DNA from: Planctomycetota bacterium
GTDB taxonomy: Bacteria > Planctomycetota > UBA1135 > UBA2386
Assembly: GCA_965223545.1 (NCBI GenBank)
Contig: OZ245006.1
Coordinates: forward strand, 3,296,001 to 3,360,000
DNA length: 64,000 nt
Reading direction: 5' to 3'
Shown here: positions 1 to 8,788 of the stretch, piece by piece
Position numbering within the stretch: position 1 is the first letter of the stretch
How the letters are laid out: every line of letters starts with the position of its first letter
Notes under the pieces: model-generated
Told to the model about the DNA's origin: nothing
The model's input: only the letters and a program-made list of their open reading frames with translations
Databases searched by the model: none
Made by a program: the position numbers and the translations under genes

Positions 1-313
1 CGATCCCGATCACGGTAGCGTTCGCGGCGTCCCCACTGACCGCGGCCGGCGAACCAGCCGCGGACGGTGCATGGGGATCGCGGCGCCCGGACCAGCGCTC
101 GGCCCGGCGGATCTTCTCGAAGGCCTCCTCGCCGACGTCCTCGCCCGCCGTACCGGCGGCACTGCGCCTGCGCTTGCCGCGTTTGCCACCGCGTTCTGCC
201 TGGCGCCTGCGGATGTGCTCGTCGAGCTCGCGCTGCTCGTCGCGCGAACGGAACTTCTTCGCGTGCCGCAGATAGCGGTCCACGGATCTCGCCTTGTCTC
301 TCGGGTCCGTCAT
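1..313 (-). CDS. 5' part of a gene running off the left edge; basic/charged N-terminus, product uncertain (possibly RsgA-like GTPase N-terminus)
   Basis: Not in the ORF track because it has no stop in the window. ATG at 313 with GGAGG upstream; open frame MTDPRDKARSVDRYLRHAKKFRSRDEQRELDEHIRRRQ...ANATVIGI continues to the edge. Confidence 0.6.
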   Translation of the reverse strand, partial: MTDPRDKARSVDRYLRHAKKFRSRDEQRELDEHIRRRQAERGGKRGKRRRSAAGTAGEDVGEEAFEKIRRAERWSGRRDPHAPSAAGSPAAVSGDAANATVIGI

Positions 314-574
314 CGGGCCCTCCTCCGATCTCGGTTCGTACTCGCTCGATTCAGCTTGCACCGGCTGGCCGGTGCGCAACGCGGCCGTCGCCAACGACGA
401 ACGCGATCGCCCCGCCGCGCGATTCACGGCGGGTGAGCAGAGGGACGGCGGGCAGTAGCGCCGCGAGGCGCTAAAGCCGTCGTCAGCGAGTGGCCACGGC
501 GGCCGAAGATCGAAGGATCGGCGTCATCCGTCCGCGACCGTAGGAGACCGGAGCGCGGACCGCAAGGCCGTCAT

Positions 575-1726
575 CTACGTGTCACGGGCGAGCTGGCGGG
601 CGCGCGCCAACATGCGGCGCGTCGCGGCTTCGCCGATCCCCCAGTCGACGACGCGGGCGTCGGCGCCGACCAGGATCGTGGTCGGCAGATAGCGCACGGC
701 GTAGGCCCGGTGGTTCGCGCTGTCCGCCGCCAGCGCGATCGGGAAGTCGACGTCGTGTTGGGTCAGCACGTCGCGGACCGCAGCGCGCTCCGCGTCGCGC
801 GCGGCGGCGTCCCGGGCATCGCGGGTCACGCCGACGACCTGCAGAGTGGCGGACGCGTTCTCGCGGTGAAACTCGCGCAGCAGTGGCAGCTCATCGATGC
901 AGGGCGGACACGTCCGCGACCAGAAGTTGAGCACCGTGATCCGGCCGGCGAACGGCGACGCGCTGCCCTGCAACAGCTCGACGCCCGTGAGCGGCGGCGC
1001 GGCCTTGCCGTGCAGCGCCGCACCGGCCTGCTCGGTGGCCAGTCGTTCCCGATCGGCACATGCACCCAGTGGGAGGAGCACACACAGCACGGCAGCCGCG
1101 CCGAGCGCCGGTCCCGCGCCCCGCCAGAGCGTCAGCAAGCGGATGGTGAACGCCGCGAAGAACACGCCGAACAGCGGCCCCGGATCGATCAACCCCGCGG
1201 TCCCCGGATTGTCGGGAAAGGTCAGCATGTTGAAGGCGAGTCCGCACACGCCGACGACCATCGCACAGGCGCCCCAAAGCGGACCGAAGCGCGGCGCCCG
1301 CCAGAGCACCGTGCCGAGCAGGAACGTCGCGGTGGCCACGAAGAGGTCGAAGGCGATGTCGACGCCGAGCTGCGAGGCGTCCACCAGCCTCAGCACCGCC
1401 CGCGTCGGCTCCGGGTCCAGGCCGGCAGCGCGCAGGTCGGCGAAGCGGGTGCGCAGGGTGGCCTGCATGGTCGCCATCATCGTCACTGCCGCACCGGCCA
1501 GAACCATGAACAACGACGCCATCTGCAGGCGCACACCGTCACAGCCGCGCTGCAGAAACCGGAACAGCCCCAGCCCGGTCGCCGCCAGCAACGGCCCGAA
1601 CGCGAAGAAGAAACCGTAGTTCACCGCGGGCGAGATCGGGACCTGCGTGGCGACGAGGTAGGACACGCAGGCCAGCACGCCGAGGACGGTGGTGACCCGC
1701 AGCCAGCGGGGATCGAATGGGGTCAT
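575..1726 (-). CDS. Multi-pass membrane domain (DUF4386-like) fused to a TlpA-family thioredoxin-fold disulfide reductase
   Basis: About 6 hydrophobic helices in aa 1-200, then TVLNFWSRTCPPCIDELP (CxxC) and YLPTTILV (cis-Pro motif). Start overlaps the stop of the upstream MerR gene. Confidence 0.8.
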   Translation of the reverse strand: MTPFDPRWLRVTTVLGVLACVSYLVATQVPISPAVNYGFFFAFGPLLAATGLGLFRFLQRGCDGVRLQMASLFMVLAGAAVTMMATMQATLRTRFADLRAAGLDPEPTRAVLRLVDASQLGVDIAFDLFVATATFLLGTVLWRAPRFGPLWGACAMVVGVCGLAFNMLTFPDNPGTAGLIDPGPLFGVFFAAFTIRLLTLWRGAGPALGAAAVLCVLLPLGACADRERLATEQAGAALHGKAAPPLTGVELLQGSASPFAGRITVLNFWSRTCPPCIDELPLLREFHRENASATLQVVGVTRDARDAAARDAERAAVRDVLTQHDVDFPIALAADSANHRAYAVRYLPTTILVGADARVVDWGIGEAATRRMLARARQLARDT

Positions 1727-2460
1727 GGTCGGTCTCTCTCTTGCCCGGCGGCGCGCTCGCGTTGGCGCAGCGCATGGATGTCGTGCTGTCGCGCGCGGTA
1801 GAACAGGTAGCGGTGAAACAAGTTGCCGGCGCGCTGGAGCGCCAAGGTCGCGGCGGCGGCGCCATCGACCGGCAGTCCGCCGACGACGCGGTCGCGCAGC
1901 TGCATCTCCAGCCGGCTCGCCTCGCGCAAATGGGTGGCGATCGGCGCCAAGGCGTCGACCGGAACGTCGTGCTCGGCGAAGAGCGCGGCGATGGTCTGCA
2001 GCAGGCGGAGGTCGAGACCGTCGAACGGCGAAGGACCGGCGTCAGGAGGCGGCAGCAGCACCCCGGCTTCGATCAGTCGGGCCAGGAGCTCGGGAGCGAC
2101 CCCGGCAGCGCGCGCCAGGTCCGGCGCGTCGAACGGACCCTCGTCGACTCCCTCGACGTCGCCGGCGACGGCCCGCTGTAGGAGCACGGCGACCTCCGGC
2201 TCGACGCCGCGCTCCACCCATTCGAGCACCCGGCGCACCTGGGGGAGCGGGAGCGCGGGCCCGCCGTCCTGCGGCTCACGCATCTCCTGCAGGAGGGCCA
2301 GGCGCCGGAGGTGGGCCTCGCCGTACAACGCGGCGTTGGGAGCGGTCTTGGTCGGCGGCGGCAGCAGGCCTTCGCGCAGGTAGAAGTGGATCTTGGTGCG
2401 GGGCACGCCACTCCTGGCGACCAGCTCACGCATACGTAGGGCGTCGACCGCTTGGTCCAT
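1723..2460 (-). CDS. MerR-family transcriptional regulator
   Basis: N-terminal LRMRELVARSGVPRTKIHFYLREGLLPPP HTH; second HTH-like segment LARAAGVAPELLARLIEAGVL. Confidence 0.85.
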   Translation of the reverse strand: MDQAVDALRMRELVARSGVPRTKIHFYLREGLLPPPTKTAPNAALYGEAHLRRLALLQEMREPQDGGPALPLPQVRRVLEWVERGVEPEVAVLLQRAVAGDVEGVDEGPFDAPDLARAAGVAPELLARLIEAGVLLPPPDAGPSPFDGLDLRLLQTIAALFAEHDVPVDALAPIATHLREASRLEMQLRDRVVGGLPVDGAAAATLALQRAGNLFHRYLFYRARQHDIHALRQRERAAGQERDRP

Positions 2461-2591
2461 GAAGTGCAGACTTACGATCTACACTCTGTATTATCACGGA
2501 GCCGGGCAATGTTCCCCGCGGCTGGAGCGGCCCGCCGTCCCCGGCATCTGTTTTCCGTTCAAAGCACCTTTCGTGGGATCATGGACCGACC

Positions 2592-3176
2592 GTGATCAGC
2601 CACGACTCCGCTCCGCGCGGCGCGCCGACCCCGCCGGCCGACCTCGACAACCTGATCGTCGCGGCCATCCGGCGCCTGATGCGCGCGGTCGACCTGCACT
2701 CGCGGCGCCTCTACGAGGCCTGCGGGCTGACCGGGCCGCAGCTTGCAACCCTGCAGGAAGTCGCGCGTTCCGGCCCTCTACCGGCGAGCACCCTGGCGCG
2801 TGCGGTGCATCTGAGCGGCCCCACGATGACCGGCATCCTGACCCGCCTGGAGCGCCGCGGACACATCCTCCGGGCACGCGGCGATACGGATCGACGCACG
2901 GTTCAGGTGTCCATCACGAAGCTCGGGGCGGCCACGCTGGAACGGGCGCCTTCGCTGCTGCAGGATCGGTTTCGACGCAAGCTGTCGCAGCTGGAACACT
3001 GGGAGCAGCTCATGATGTTGGCCAACCTCCAGCGCATCGCGATGATGATGGATGCGGAGCAGCTGGACGCGGCGCCTCACCTGGTGGCCGATGCGGCGGC
3101 GCTGGACCGCGACGGCAGCGACCCGAGCGGGCCGTTGGCGGGCGGCGCGAAGCCGGGCGGCGCGCCTCCTGGCTGA
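2592..3176 (+). CDS. MarR-family regulator of the CosR/EctR (compatible-solute regulator) type
   Basis: IRRLMRAVDLHSRRL...GLTGPQL, winged-helix DRR motif, and C-terminal APSLLQDRF...WEQ...LQRIAMMMDAEQLDAAP, which resemble CosR/EctR as I recall them. Confidence 0.85.
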   Translation: MISHDSAPRGAPTPPADLDNLIVAAIRRLMRAVDLHSRRLYEACGLTGPQLATLQEVARSGPLPASTLARAVHLSGPTMTGILTRLERRGHILRARGDTDRRTVQVSITKLGAATLERAPSLLQDRFRRKLSQLEHWEQLMMLANLQRIAMMMDAEQLDAAPHLVADAAALDRDGSDPSGPLAGGAKPGGAPPG

Positions 3177-3242
3177 CGCGCGGGACGAGGAAAGGAGGCC
3201 GCGGTCAGAAAATCGGTCAGACTCCATCAAGTCTCGCGATAG

Positions 3243-3256
3243 CTTTGCGTGCAAAG
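3243..3256. promoter_or_regulatory. Candidate MarR (CosR/EctR-like) operator
   Basis: Perfect palindrome CTTTGC-GT-GCAAAG, 8 nt upstream of the ATG at 3265. Confidence 0.6.
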
Positions 3257-3264
3257 AATCTCGC

Positions 3265-3597
3265 ATGCCTACCAAGAAGATCGAGGCCTACCTGAAGCCT
3301 TTTCGCTTGGCCGAAGTGCGGACGGCACTGGCAGAGGCTGGCTTCGACGTGATCCGCGTGCACGACGCCGAGGAGCTGCGGCCGACGGAGACCTACACCG
3401 AGACGGTCCAGGGGCAGCGCTACGAGATCGACGCGTCGCCGCGGGTGCTGGTCGTGCTCTTGGTGGAGGATCGCGAGCTGGAGCGCGCCGTCCGACTGAT
3501 CCAGTCCGTCGCGCGCACGGACCACCGCGGCGACGGCCGGATCTTGATCTCCGCGGTCGAGCAGCTGGTGCCGGTGGACCCGGACGAAGCGTCGTGA
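3265..3597 (+). CDS. Divergent P-II family protein
   Basis: MPTKKIEAYLKPFRLAEVRTAL...ARTDHRGDGRILIS matches the GlnB/GlnK layout; several ligand-binding residues are altered. Confidence 0.85.
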   Translation: MPTKKIEAYLKPFRLAEVRTALAEAGFDVIRVHDAEELRPTETYTETVQGQRYEIDASPRVLVVLLVEDRELERAVRLIQSVARTDHRGDGRILISAVEQLVPVDPDEAS

Positions 3598-4067
3598 TGC
3601 GGGCTCATCCGATCGCCGCGGGGCTGCTGCTGGCAGTCGGCCTCGCCGCGCAGGAGCCACGCGAGTTGCCCACGCCGGAATGGGTGCCCCCCCCACCGCT
3701 CGAGGCCGCATCCGCCGACGGTAGCTTCGGCCTCGCATGGCAGCCGATCGAGGCGCCCGCCGGCGGCTCGATCTCCTTCGACCTCGAAGAAACAACGCCG
3801 CAGGGCGAGCGGAACGTGCTGGACGCGGGACCGTTCGCCGGCGCCGCGCTCAGCGGCCGTGAAGACGGCACCTACACCTACCGGGTCCGCGCCCGCGCGG
3901 CCGACGGCGCCACCGGGGACTGGAGCGCGGCGTTTGCGGTTCACGTGCGCCACCACTCCCTGGCGCTCGCCATCGCCCTGTTTGCCATCGGCGCAGTGGT
4001 CTTCGTCGCCACCGCGGTGACCGTGATCGGCGGTGCCCGGCGCGCGTCGGCCGAGGCCAGTCGCTGA
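3597..4067 (+). CDS. Exported fibronectin type III-like protein with C-terminal TM anchor
   Basis: TGATG coupling to the P-II gene; signal peptide MRAHPIAAGLLLAVGLAA; FN3-like DGTYTYRVRA...GDWS; C-terminal hydrophobic helix followed by RR. Confidence 0.75.
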   Translation: MRAHPIAAGLLLAVGLAAQEPRELPTPEWVPPPPLEAASADGSFGLAWQPIEAPAGGSISFDLEETTPQGERNVLDAGPFAGAALSGREDGTYTYRVRARAADGATGDWSAAFAVHVRHHSLALAIALFAIGAVVFVATAVTVIGGARRASAEASR

Positions 4068-4079
4068 CCTGGATCCGCC

Positions 4080-5501
4080 ATGCACCCCACCATCCTCGAC
4101 CCCGGCGTCGCCGGCGCACTGCTCGCCATCTTCAGCGTCGTTTGGGTGTTTCTCGGCTGGTGGTGGGGCCGCAAGGCGTCCGGCCTCGACGACTTCATGC
4201 TGGCCGGTCGCCGGGTGGGCTTGGCGTTGGGCACGGCCACGGCGATGGCCACCTGGGTCACCAGCAACACGACCCTGGTGGCACCACAGCTGGCCTACCA
4301 ACTCGGCATCTGGGGGATGCTCGGCTACTCGCTCGGCTCGATCGGCCTGCTGCTGTTTGCGCCGATGGCGGCGCGCATCCGCGCGCTGATGCCGCGCGGG
4401 TTCACCAGCGGCGACTTCATGCGGCTGCGCTACGGCACGCTGACCTGGCGGGTGTTCCTGGTCGTGTCGCTGGTCTACAGCGCCGGTTGGCTCATCAGCC
4501 TCGGTACCGCTGGCGGGGTGCTGCTCGAGGCCCTCAGCGGGATTCCGTACGAAGTCGGGGCGACCGTCATCCTGACGATCTGCGTGCTTTACACGCTGCT
4601 CGGCGGCCTGCGCGCGGTGATCGGCACGGACTACATCCAGACCGTCGTCATCATCACCGGCCTGGTGGTGATCGGTGCGCTGACGCTGTCGGCCGTCGAC
4701 CTCGAGACCACGCACCGACACCTGGCCGAGGCGCGGCCGCGGCTGCTCGACATGCTGATGCCGGCAGCGGTGATGTTCCTGTTCAACAACCTCCTCTTCG
4801 GCGTCGGCGAGATCTTCCACTCCAACGTCTGGTGGAGCCGCGCGTTCGCCTTCGATCGAGGCGTCGGCTTCCGCGCATATCTGCTGGCAGGCCTGATGTG
4901 GATCCCGATCCCGATCGCCGCCGGCTTCGTCGCGCTTTCGGCCCCGGTTCTCGGCCTGTCGGTACCGCGGGCCGACATGGTCGGCCCCATGGTCGCCGCC
5001 GAAGTCCTCGGTTTCGGCGGTGCCGTGCTGCTGTTCGTCATCGTGTTCTCGGCGATCGCATCCAGCCTGGACTCGCTGCTGGCGGCGACCAGCGATCTGA
5101 TCGTCGAGGATGTCTACCGCAGACATTTGCGCCCGCAGGCAAGCCGCGAGCAGCTGCGACGCGCATCTTCGATCGTCATCCTGCTGCTCGGTGCGGTGAC
5201 TTGGGTCGTCTGCATGCTCGACATCACGACCCTGGCAAAGCTGCTGCACTTCACCGGTGCGCTGGTGGCGAGCACGATCTGGCCGATTGCGGCGGGCCTG
5301 TTCTGGCGGCGCGCCAACCCGACCGCAGCGTGGCTGGCGATGGCCCTGGGTTCGGTCGGCGGGCTGATCGCATACAACGCGATCGGCTTCTACGTCGCCG
5401 CCCTCGTCGGCGCGGCGATCTCGATGGTGATCGTCCTCGCCGGCGCCTGGCTGCGGCCGGCGGAGTTCGATTGGCGCACGCTGCAGGAGGCCGACGCATG
5501 A
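4080..5501 (+). CDS. Sodium:solute symporter (SSS) family transporter, DUR3/PutP-like
   Basis: DDFMLAGRRVG, LYTLLGGLRAVIGTDYIQ and SAIASSLDSLL motifs; about 13 TM helices. Confidence 0.92.
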   Translation: MHPTILDPGVAGALLAIFSVVWVFLGWWWGRKASGLDDFMLAGRRVGLALGTATAMATWVTSNTTLVAPQLAYQLGIWGMLGYSLGSIGLLLFAPMAARIRALMPRGFTSGDFMRLRYGTLTWRVFLVVSLVYSAGWLISLGTAGGVLLEALSGIPYEVGATVILTICVLYTLLGGLRAVIGTDYIQTVVIITGLVVIGALTLSAVDLETTHRHLAEARPRLLDMLMPAAVMFLFNNLLFGVGEIFHSNVWWSRAFAFDRGVGFRAYLLAGLMWIPIPIAAGFVALSAPVLGLSVPRADMVGPMVAAEVLGFGGAVLLFVIVFSAIASSLDSLLAATSDLIVEDVYRRHLRPQASREQLRRASSIVILLLGAVTWVVCMLDITTLAKLLHFTGALVASTIWPIAAGLFWRRANPTAAWLAMALGSVGGLIAYNAIGFYVAALVGAAISMVIVLAGAWLRPAEFDWRTLQEADA

Positions 5502-5620
5502 CACTCCCTCTGGTCGTTCTCGAAGTGCTCGTCTACGCAGCACTCGTGACCAGCGCCGTGACGCCGGTCGCCCTCGTCTGGCTGCTGGTTCGCGACTGGA
5601 GATCGGGCAAGCTGTGGTGA
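5498..5620 (+). CDS. 40-aa single-TM small protein, probable SSS transporter accessory subunit
   Basis: ATGA overlap with the SSS stop; MTLPLVVLEVLVYAALVTSAVTPVALVWLLVRDWRSGKLW; its stop overlaps the start of the next gene. Confidence 0.7.
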   Translation: MTLPLVVLEVLVYAALVTSAVTPVALVWLLVRDWRSGKLW

Positions 5621-6696
5621 AAGCGCTGCAGCTCCTGCCCCGACTGCGCGAACCGGTGCAGGGGCGCACCCGCCACGTCGGCATCGAGCACCCACTCCGC
5701 CTGCTCGAGGCCGTACCGGAGGACCCACAGACCCTGTTGCGGCTCGGCAGCCGACACGTGGTGTCGTCGCTGCAGTTCGATCGCGAGGTCGTTCTGCAGC
5801 TGTGCCGGCTGGCCGCCGCCATCGAGAGCCAGCCCGCCCTCCGCCACTTGCCGCTCACCGGCAAGATCCTGATCACTGCGTTCTACGAGCCGAGCACCAG
5901 GACGCGCCTGTCCTTCGAGAGCGCGTGGCACCGGCTCGGCGGCGACATCTTGTCGATCACCGATCCCGAGACCACCGGGATCGCCAAGGGGGAGAGCCTG
6001 GCCGACGTCGCCGAGATGTTCAGCAACTACGGCGACGCGGTAGTCCTGCGCGACCGCAACGAAGACTCGGTGTTCGAGATGATCGACACGCTGCGCGTGC
6101 CGATCATCAACGCCGGCAACGGGATCGACGAGCATCCCACGCAAGCCCTCGCCGACCTCTACACCGTGTTCAAGTGGCGGCCCGAGCTGACGGGGCCCAA
6201 CGTCACCGAGCGCGTGCGTTTCGGCGTGATCGGCAACCCGCGCAAGATGCGCACCGTGCGCAGCCTGCTGCGCCTCCTGTGCCTCTTCTCCTCCGTGATC
6301 GAAGAGGTCGTCATCGTCAATCCCGAGACCGATCTGTTCGACGATGGCGAGCGCGAGCGACTCGAGGACTCCGGGCTGCGCATCGGCACCGAACGCCGCC
6401 TGGGAGCGGCCCTGCGCGAGCTCGACGTGATCTACATCAACTCGATCGCCTGGATCGGCGATACCTTCGAGCGGCTGACCGGCGATCTGCGGCTGACGGC
6501 GCGCTCCTCGTTCAAGCCCGGCGCGATCGTGCTCCACCCCCTCGCCCGCGGCGAGGAGCTGGCCGTCAGCCTGGATGACACCCCCCACAACTGGTACTTC
6601 AGCCAAGCGCGCGGCGCGACCTTCTTGCGAATGGCATTGCTGACCAGCATGGTCGAGCGCGTGCACCGGGTCGCCGACGTCCGCCCGCCTCGTTGA
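5614..6696 (+). CDS. ATCase/OTCase-superfamily carbamoyltransferase, PyrB-like but non-canonical
   Basis: Carbamoyl-phosphate motifs FYEPSTRTRLSFE, KGESL, HPTQAL and HPLAR are present; the PyrB R-x-Q aspartate-binding motif is replaced by YINSIAW. Confidence 0.88.
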   Translation: MVKALQLLPRLREPVQGRTRHVGIEHPLRLLEAVPEDPQTLLRLGSRHVVSSLQFDREVVLQLCRLAAAIESQPALRHLPLTGKILITAFYEPSTRTRLSFESAWHRLGGDILSITDPETTGIAKGESLADVAEMFSNYGDAVVLRDRNEDSVFEMIDTLRVPIINAGNGIDEHPTQALADLYTVFKWRPELTGPNVTERVRFGVIGNPRKMRTVRSLLRLLCLFSSVIEEVVIVNPETDLFDDGERERLEDSGLRIGTERRLGAALRELDVIYINSIAWIGDTFERLTGDLRLTARSSFKPGAIVLHPLARGEELAVSLDDTPHNWYFSQARGATFLRMALLTSMVERVHRVADVRPPR

Positions 6697-6730
6697 CGCA
6701 CTTGACCCCAACACGACAAGGACACGACCC

Positions 6731-8788
6731 ATGTGCGGAATCGCCGGTGTGCTCCACCGCGACCCCGAGCGCCGCGTAGACCGCGGCACCTTGGCGGCAA
6801 TGGCCGCGATCCAGCAGCACCGCGGACCGGACGGCTGCGGCTGGCACGCCATCGACGACCGCGGTGTGGGGTTCGCACACGCCCGATTGGCGATCATCGA
6901 TCTCAACGACAGCGGGCGCCAGCCGCTCCTCGACGGCGGTGGCCGGTGGATGTTGACGCACAACGGTGAGTTCTACGACTACGCACGCATCCGGGCCGAC
7001 CTGACGACGCGCGGCGCGCGGTTCACCACGAAGAGCGATTCGGAGATCGTGCCCCATCTCGTCGCGCACTACGGACTGGACGGCGCGCTGCCTCATCTGC
7101 GCGGTGAGTTCGCGTTCGCGTTCTACGACCGCGAGACCGACGAGCTGGCGCTGGTGCGCGACCGGTTCGGGATCAAGCCGCTCTACTGGACCATGACCGC
7201 GGACACCGTGGTGTTCGGCTCGGAGATCAAGGTCCTGTTCGCCCATCCCGAAGTGCCGCGCGCGTTTGCCGACGAGGGGCTGTTCCACCAGCTCATGCAG
7301 GCGATCACGCCGGGCAGCACGCCGTATCGCGATGTGCACCAAGTGGCGCCGGGCCACGTCGTCCGCATCCGCCGCCGGGGCGGCGGCTTCGAGGTCCGCG
7401 AGCACGCTTACTGGGACATGCCGTTCCCGGTGTGGAACGAGCGGCGGCCGGACGCCGCCGAGGACGAGGTCGTCGAACAGGTCCGCGCCCGGCTGCTGGA
7501 GGCCGTGCAGCTACGACTGGTGGCGGACGTCCCGGTCGGCTGCTACCTCTCCGGCGGCATCGACTCCTGCTCGATGTTGGGGCTCGCCGCCGCCTGCCGC
7601 CAGGATCCGGTCAAGGCCTTCACTATCGGCTTCGACAACCGAGACTACGACGAAACCGAGATCGCCAAGTCGATGGCGCACTCGGTGGGCGCCGATCAGG
7701 ACGTGCTGCCAGTAGGGGCGGCCGAGTTGTACGACCACTTCGTCGAGACCCACTGGCACACCGAGCGCACGATCTACAACACGCTGGGCGTCGCCAAGCT
7801 GCTGATGAGCCGCCATGTGCGCAACGCCGGCTACAAAGTGGTGATTACCGGCGAGGGCTCGGACGAGCTGTTTGCCGGCTACCCGAGCTTTCGCGCCGAT
7901 TTGTTCCGCCATGGTCTCGAGCACCTGCCGGCCGCCGAGCGCGTCGGCATGGAGCAAGCGCTGCAGGAATCCAACGCGGTCTTCAAAGGCGCGATGCTGC
8001 CGTCGCAGGCCTACGACGACCCCGCGCTCACCGCGCTGTGCGGCTTCACCCCGACCTGTCTGCAGCCCTGGCTCGACGCGTCGCGCCGGGTACTGCCGCT
8101 GATCGCCGGCGACCGCCGCACCGCGCTGGCCGACTACCGCCCGGGCGAAGCGATCGCCAACGCGCTCGACGCGAGCGCCATTCGCGGGCGCCACCCGCTC
8201 GACATTGCCCAGTACGTCTGGGTCAAGACGATGCTCGAAGGGCAGATCCTGACCTGGGGCGGCGATCGCGTCGACATGGCGAACTCGATGGAGGCCCGGC
8301 CGGCGTTCCTCGACCATCATCTCGCCGAGTACGCAGCCGGCATCCCGCCGCACCTCCGCATCCGAGCGCGCACTGAGAAGTACGTGCTGCGCGAAGCGAT
8401 GAAAGGCGTCTTGCCGCGCGAGCTGTACGAGCGCGAGAAGTTCGCGTTCATGGCACCACCGGCGCACACCGACCCGCGCAAACAGGCGGCCCTGCGGGCA
8501 CTGACCGACCGCTACTTGTCGGCGGCGGCGATCGAGCCCGCGGGTCTGCTGGACGCGGACGCGGTGCGCGCGCTGCTCCGGCTGCAGGACAGCGGCGACT
8601 TGCCACGGGCGGAGATGGTCCAGCTCGACGCGGTCGTCAACCACTTGCTCGGTGTGCAAGTGCTGCACGAACAGCTCTTGGCGCACGACATCCCGGCGAC
8701 CGCCGCGCGCTTGGCCGCACCGCTGCTGGCCGACACACCGCCACAACCGTCGCCGGCGGATGGCGGCTTCACCAACCCCTCGCCGTGA
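6731..8788 (+). CDS. Asparagine synthase-like (AsnB-family) glutamine amidotransferase
   Basis: Ntn nucleophile [23 protein letters not shown]-loop [36 protein letters not shown]. Confidence 0.92.
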   Translation: MCGIAGVLHRDPERRVDRGTLAAMAAIQQHRGPDGCGWHAIDDRGVGFAHARLAIIDLNDSGRQPLLDGGGRWMLTHNGEFYDYARIRADLTTRGARFTTKSDSEIVPHLVAHYGLDGALPHLRGEFAFAFYDRETDELALVRDRFGIKPLYWTMTADTVVFGSEIKVLFAHPEVPRAFADEGLFHQLMQAITPGSTPYRDVHQVAPGHVVRIRRRGGGFEVREHAYWDMPFPVWNERRPDAAEDEVVEQVRARLLEAVQLRLVADVPVGCYLSGGIDSCSMLGLAAACRQDPVKAFTIGFDNRDYDETEIAKSMAHSVGADQDVLPVGAAELYDHFVETHWHTERTIYNTLGVAKLLMSRHVRNAGYKVVITGEGSDELFAGYPSFRADLFRHGLEHLPAAERVGMEQALQESNAVFKGAMLPSQAYDDPALTALCGFTPTCLQPWLDASRRVLPLIAGDRRTALADYRPGEAIANALDASAIRGRHPLDIAQYVWVKTMLEGQILTWGGDRVDMANSMEARPAFLDHHLAEYAAGIPPHLRIRARTEKYVLREAMKGVLPRELYEREKFAFMAPPAHTDPRKQAALRALTDRYLSAAAIEPAGLLDADAVRALLRLQDSGDLPRAEMVQLDAVVNHLLGVQVLHEQLLAHDIPATAARLAAPLLADTPPQPSPADGGFTNPSP

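Noticed and set aside
67..474. Plus-strand ORFs 67-474 and 71-436
   Set aside because: The minus-strand frame from ATG 313 has a good RBS and more protein-like composition; these are its shadows.
3687..3694. C8 tract in the FN3 gene (and G8 at 31691-31698) as phase-variation sites
   Set aside because: The tracts are short for a GC-rich genome. The C8 encodes a Pro run in an intact frame, and the G8 is intergenic and part of a likely hairpin.
5614..8788. Routine pyrB and asnB housekeeping calls
   Set aside because: The aspartate-binding motif is altered, there is no pyrimidine gene context, and an osmolyte-type regulator is adjacent, so gene symbols were withheld.
8769..8788. 20-bp convergent overlap of the asnB-like and SDR genes as a functional link
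   Set aside because: Short tail-to-tail overlaps are common, and nothing ties the SDR to the operon.
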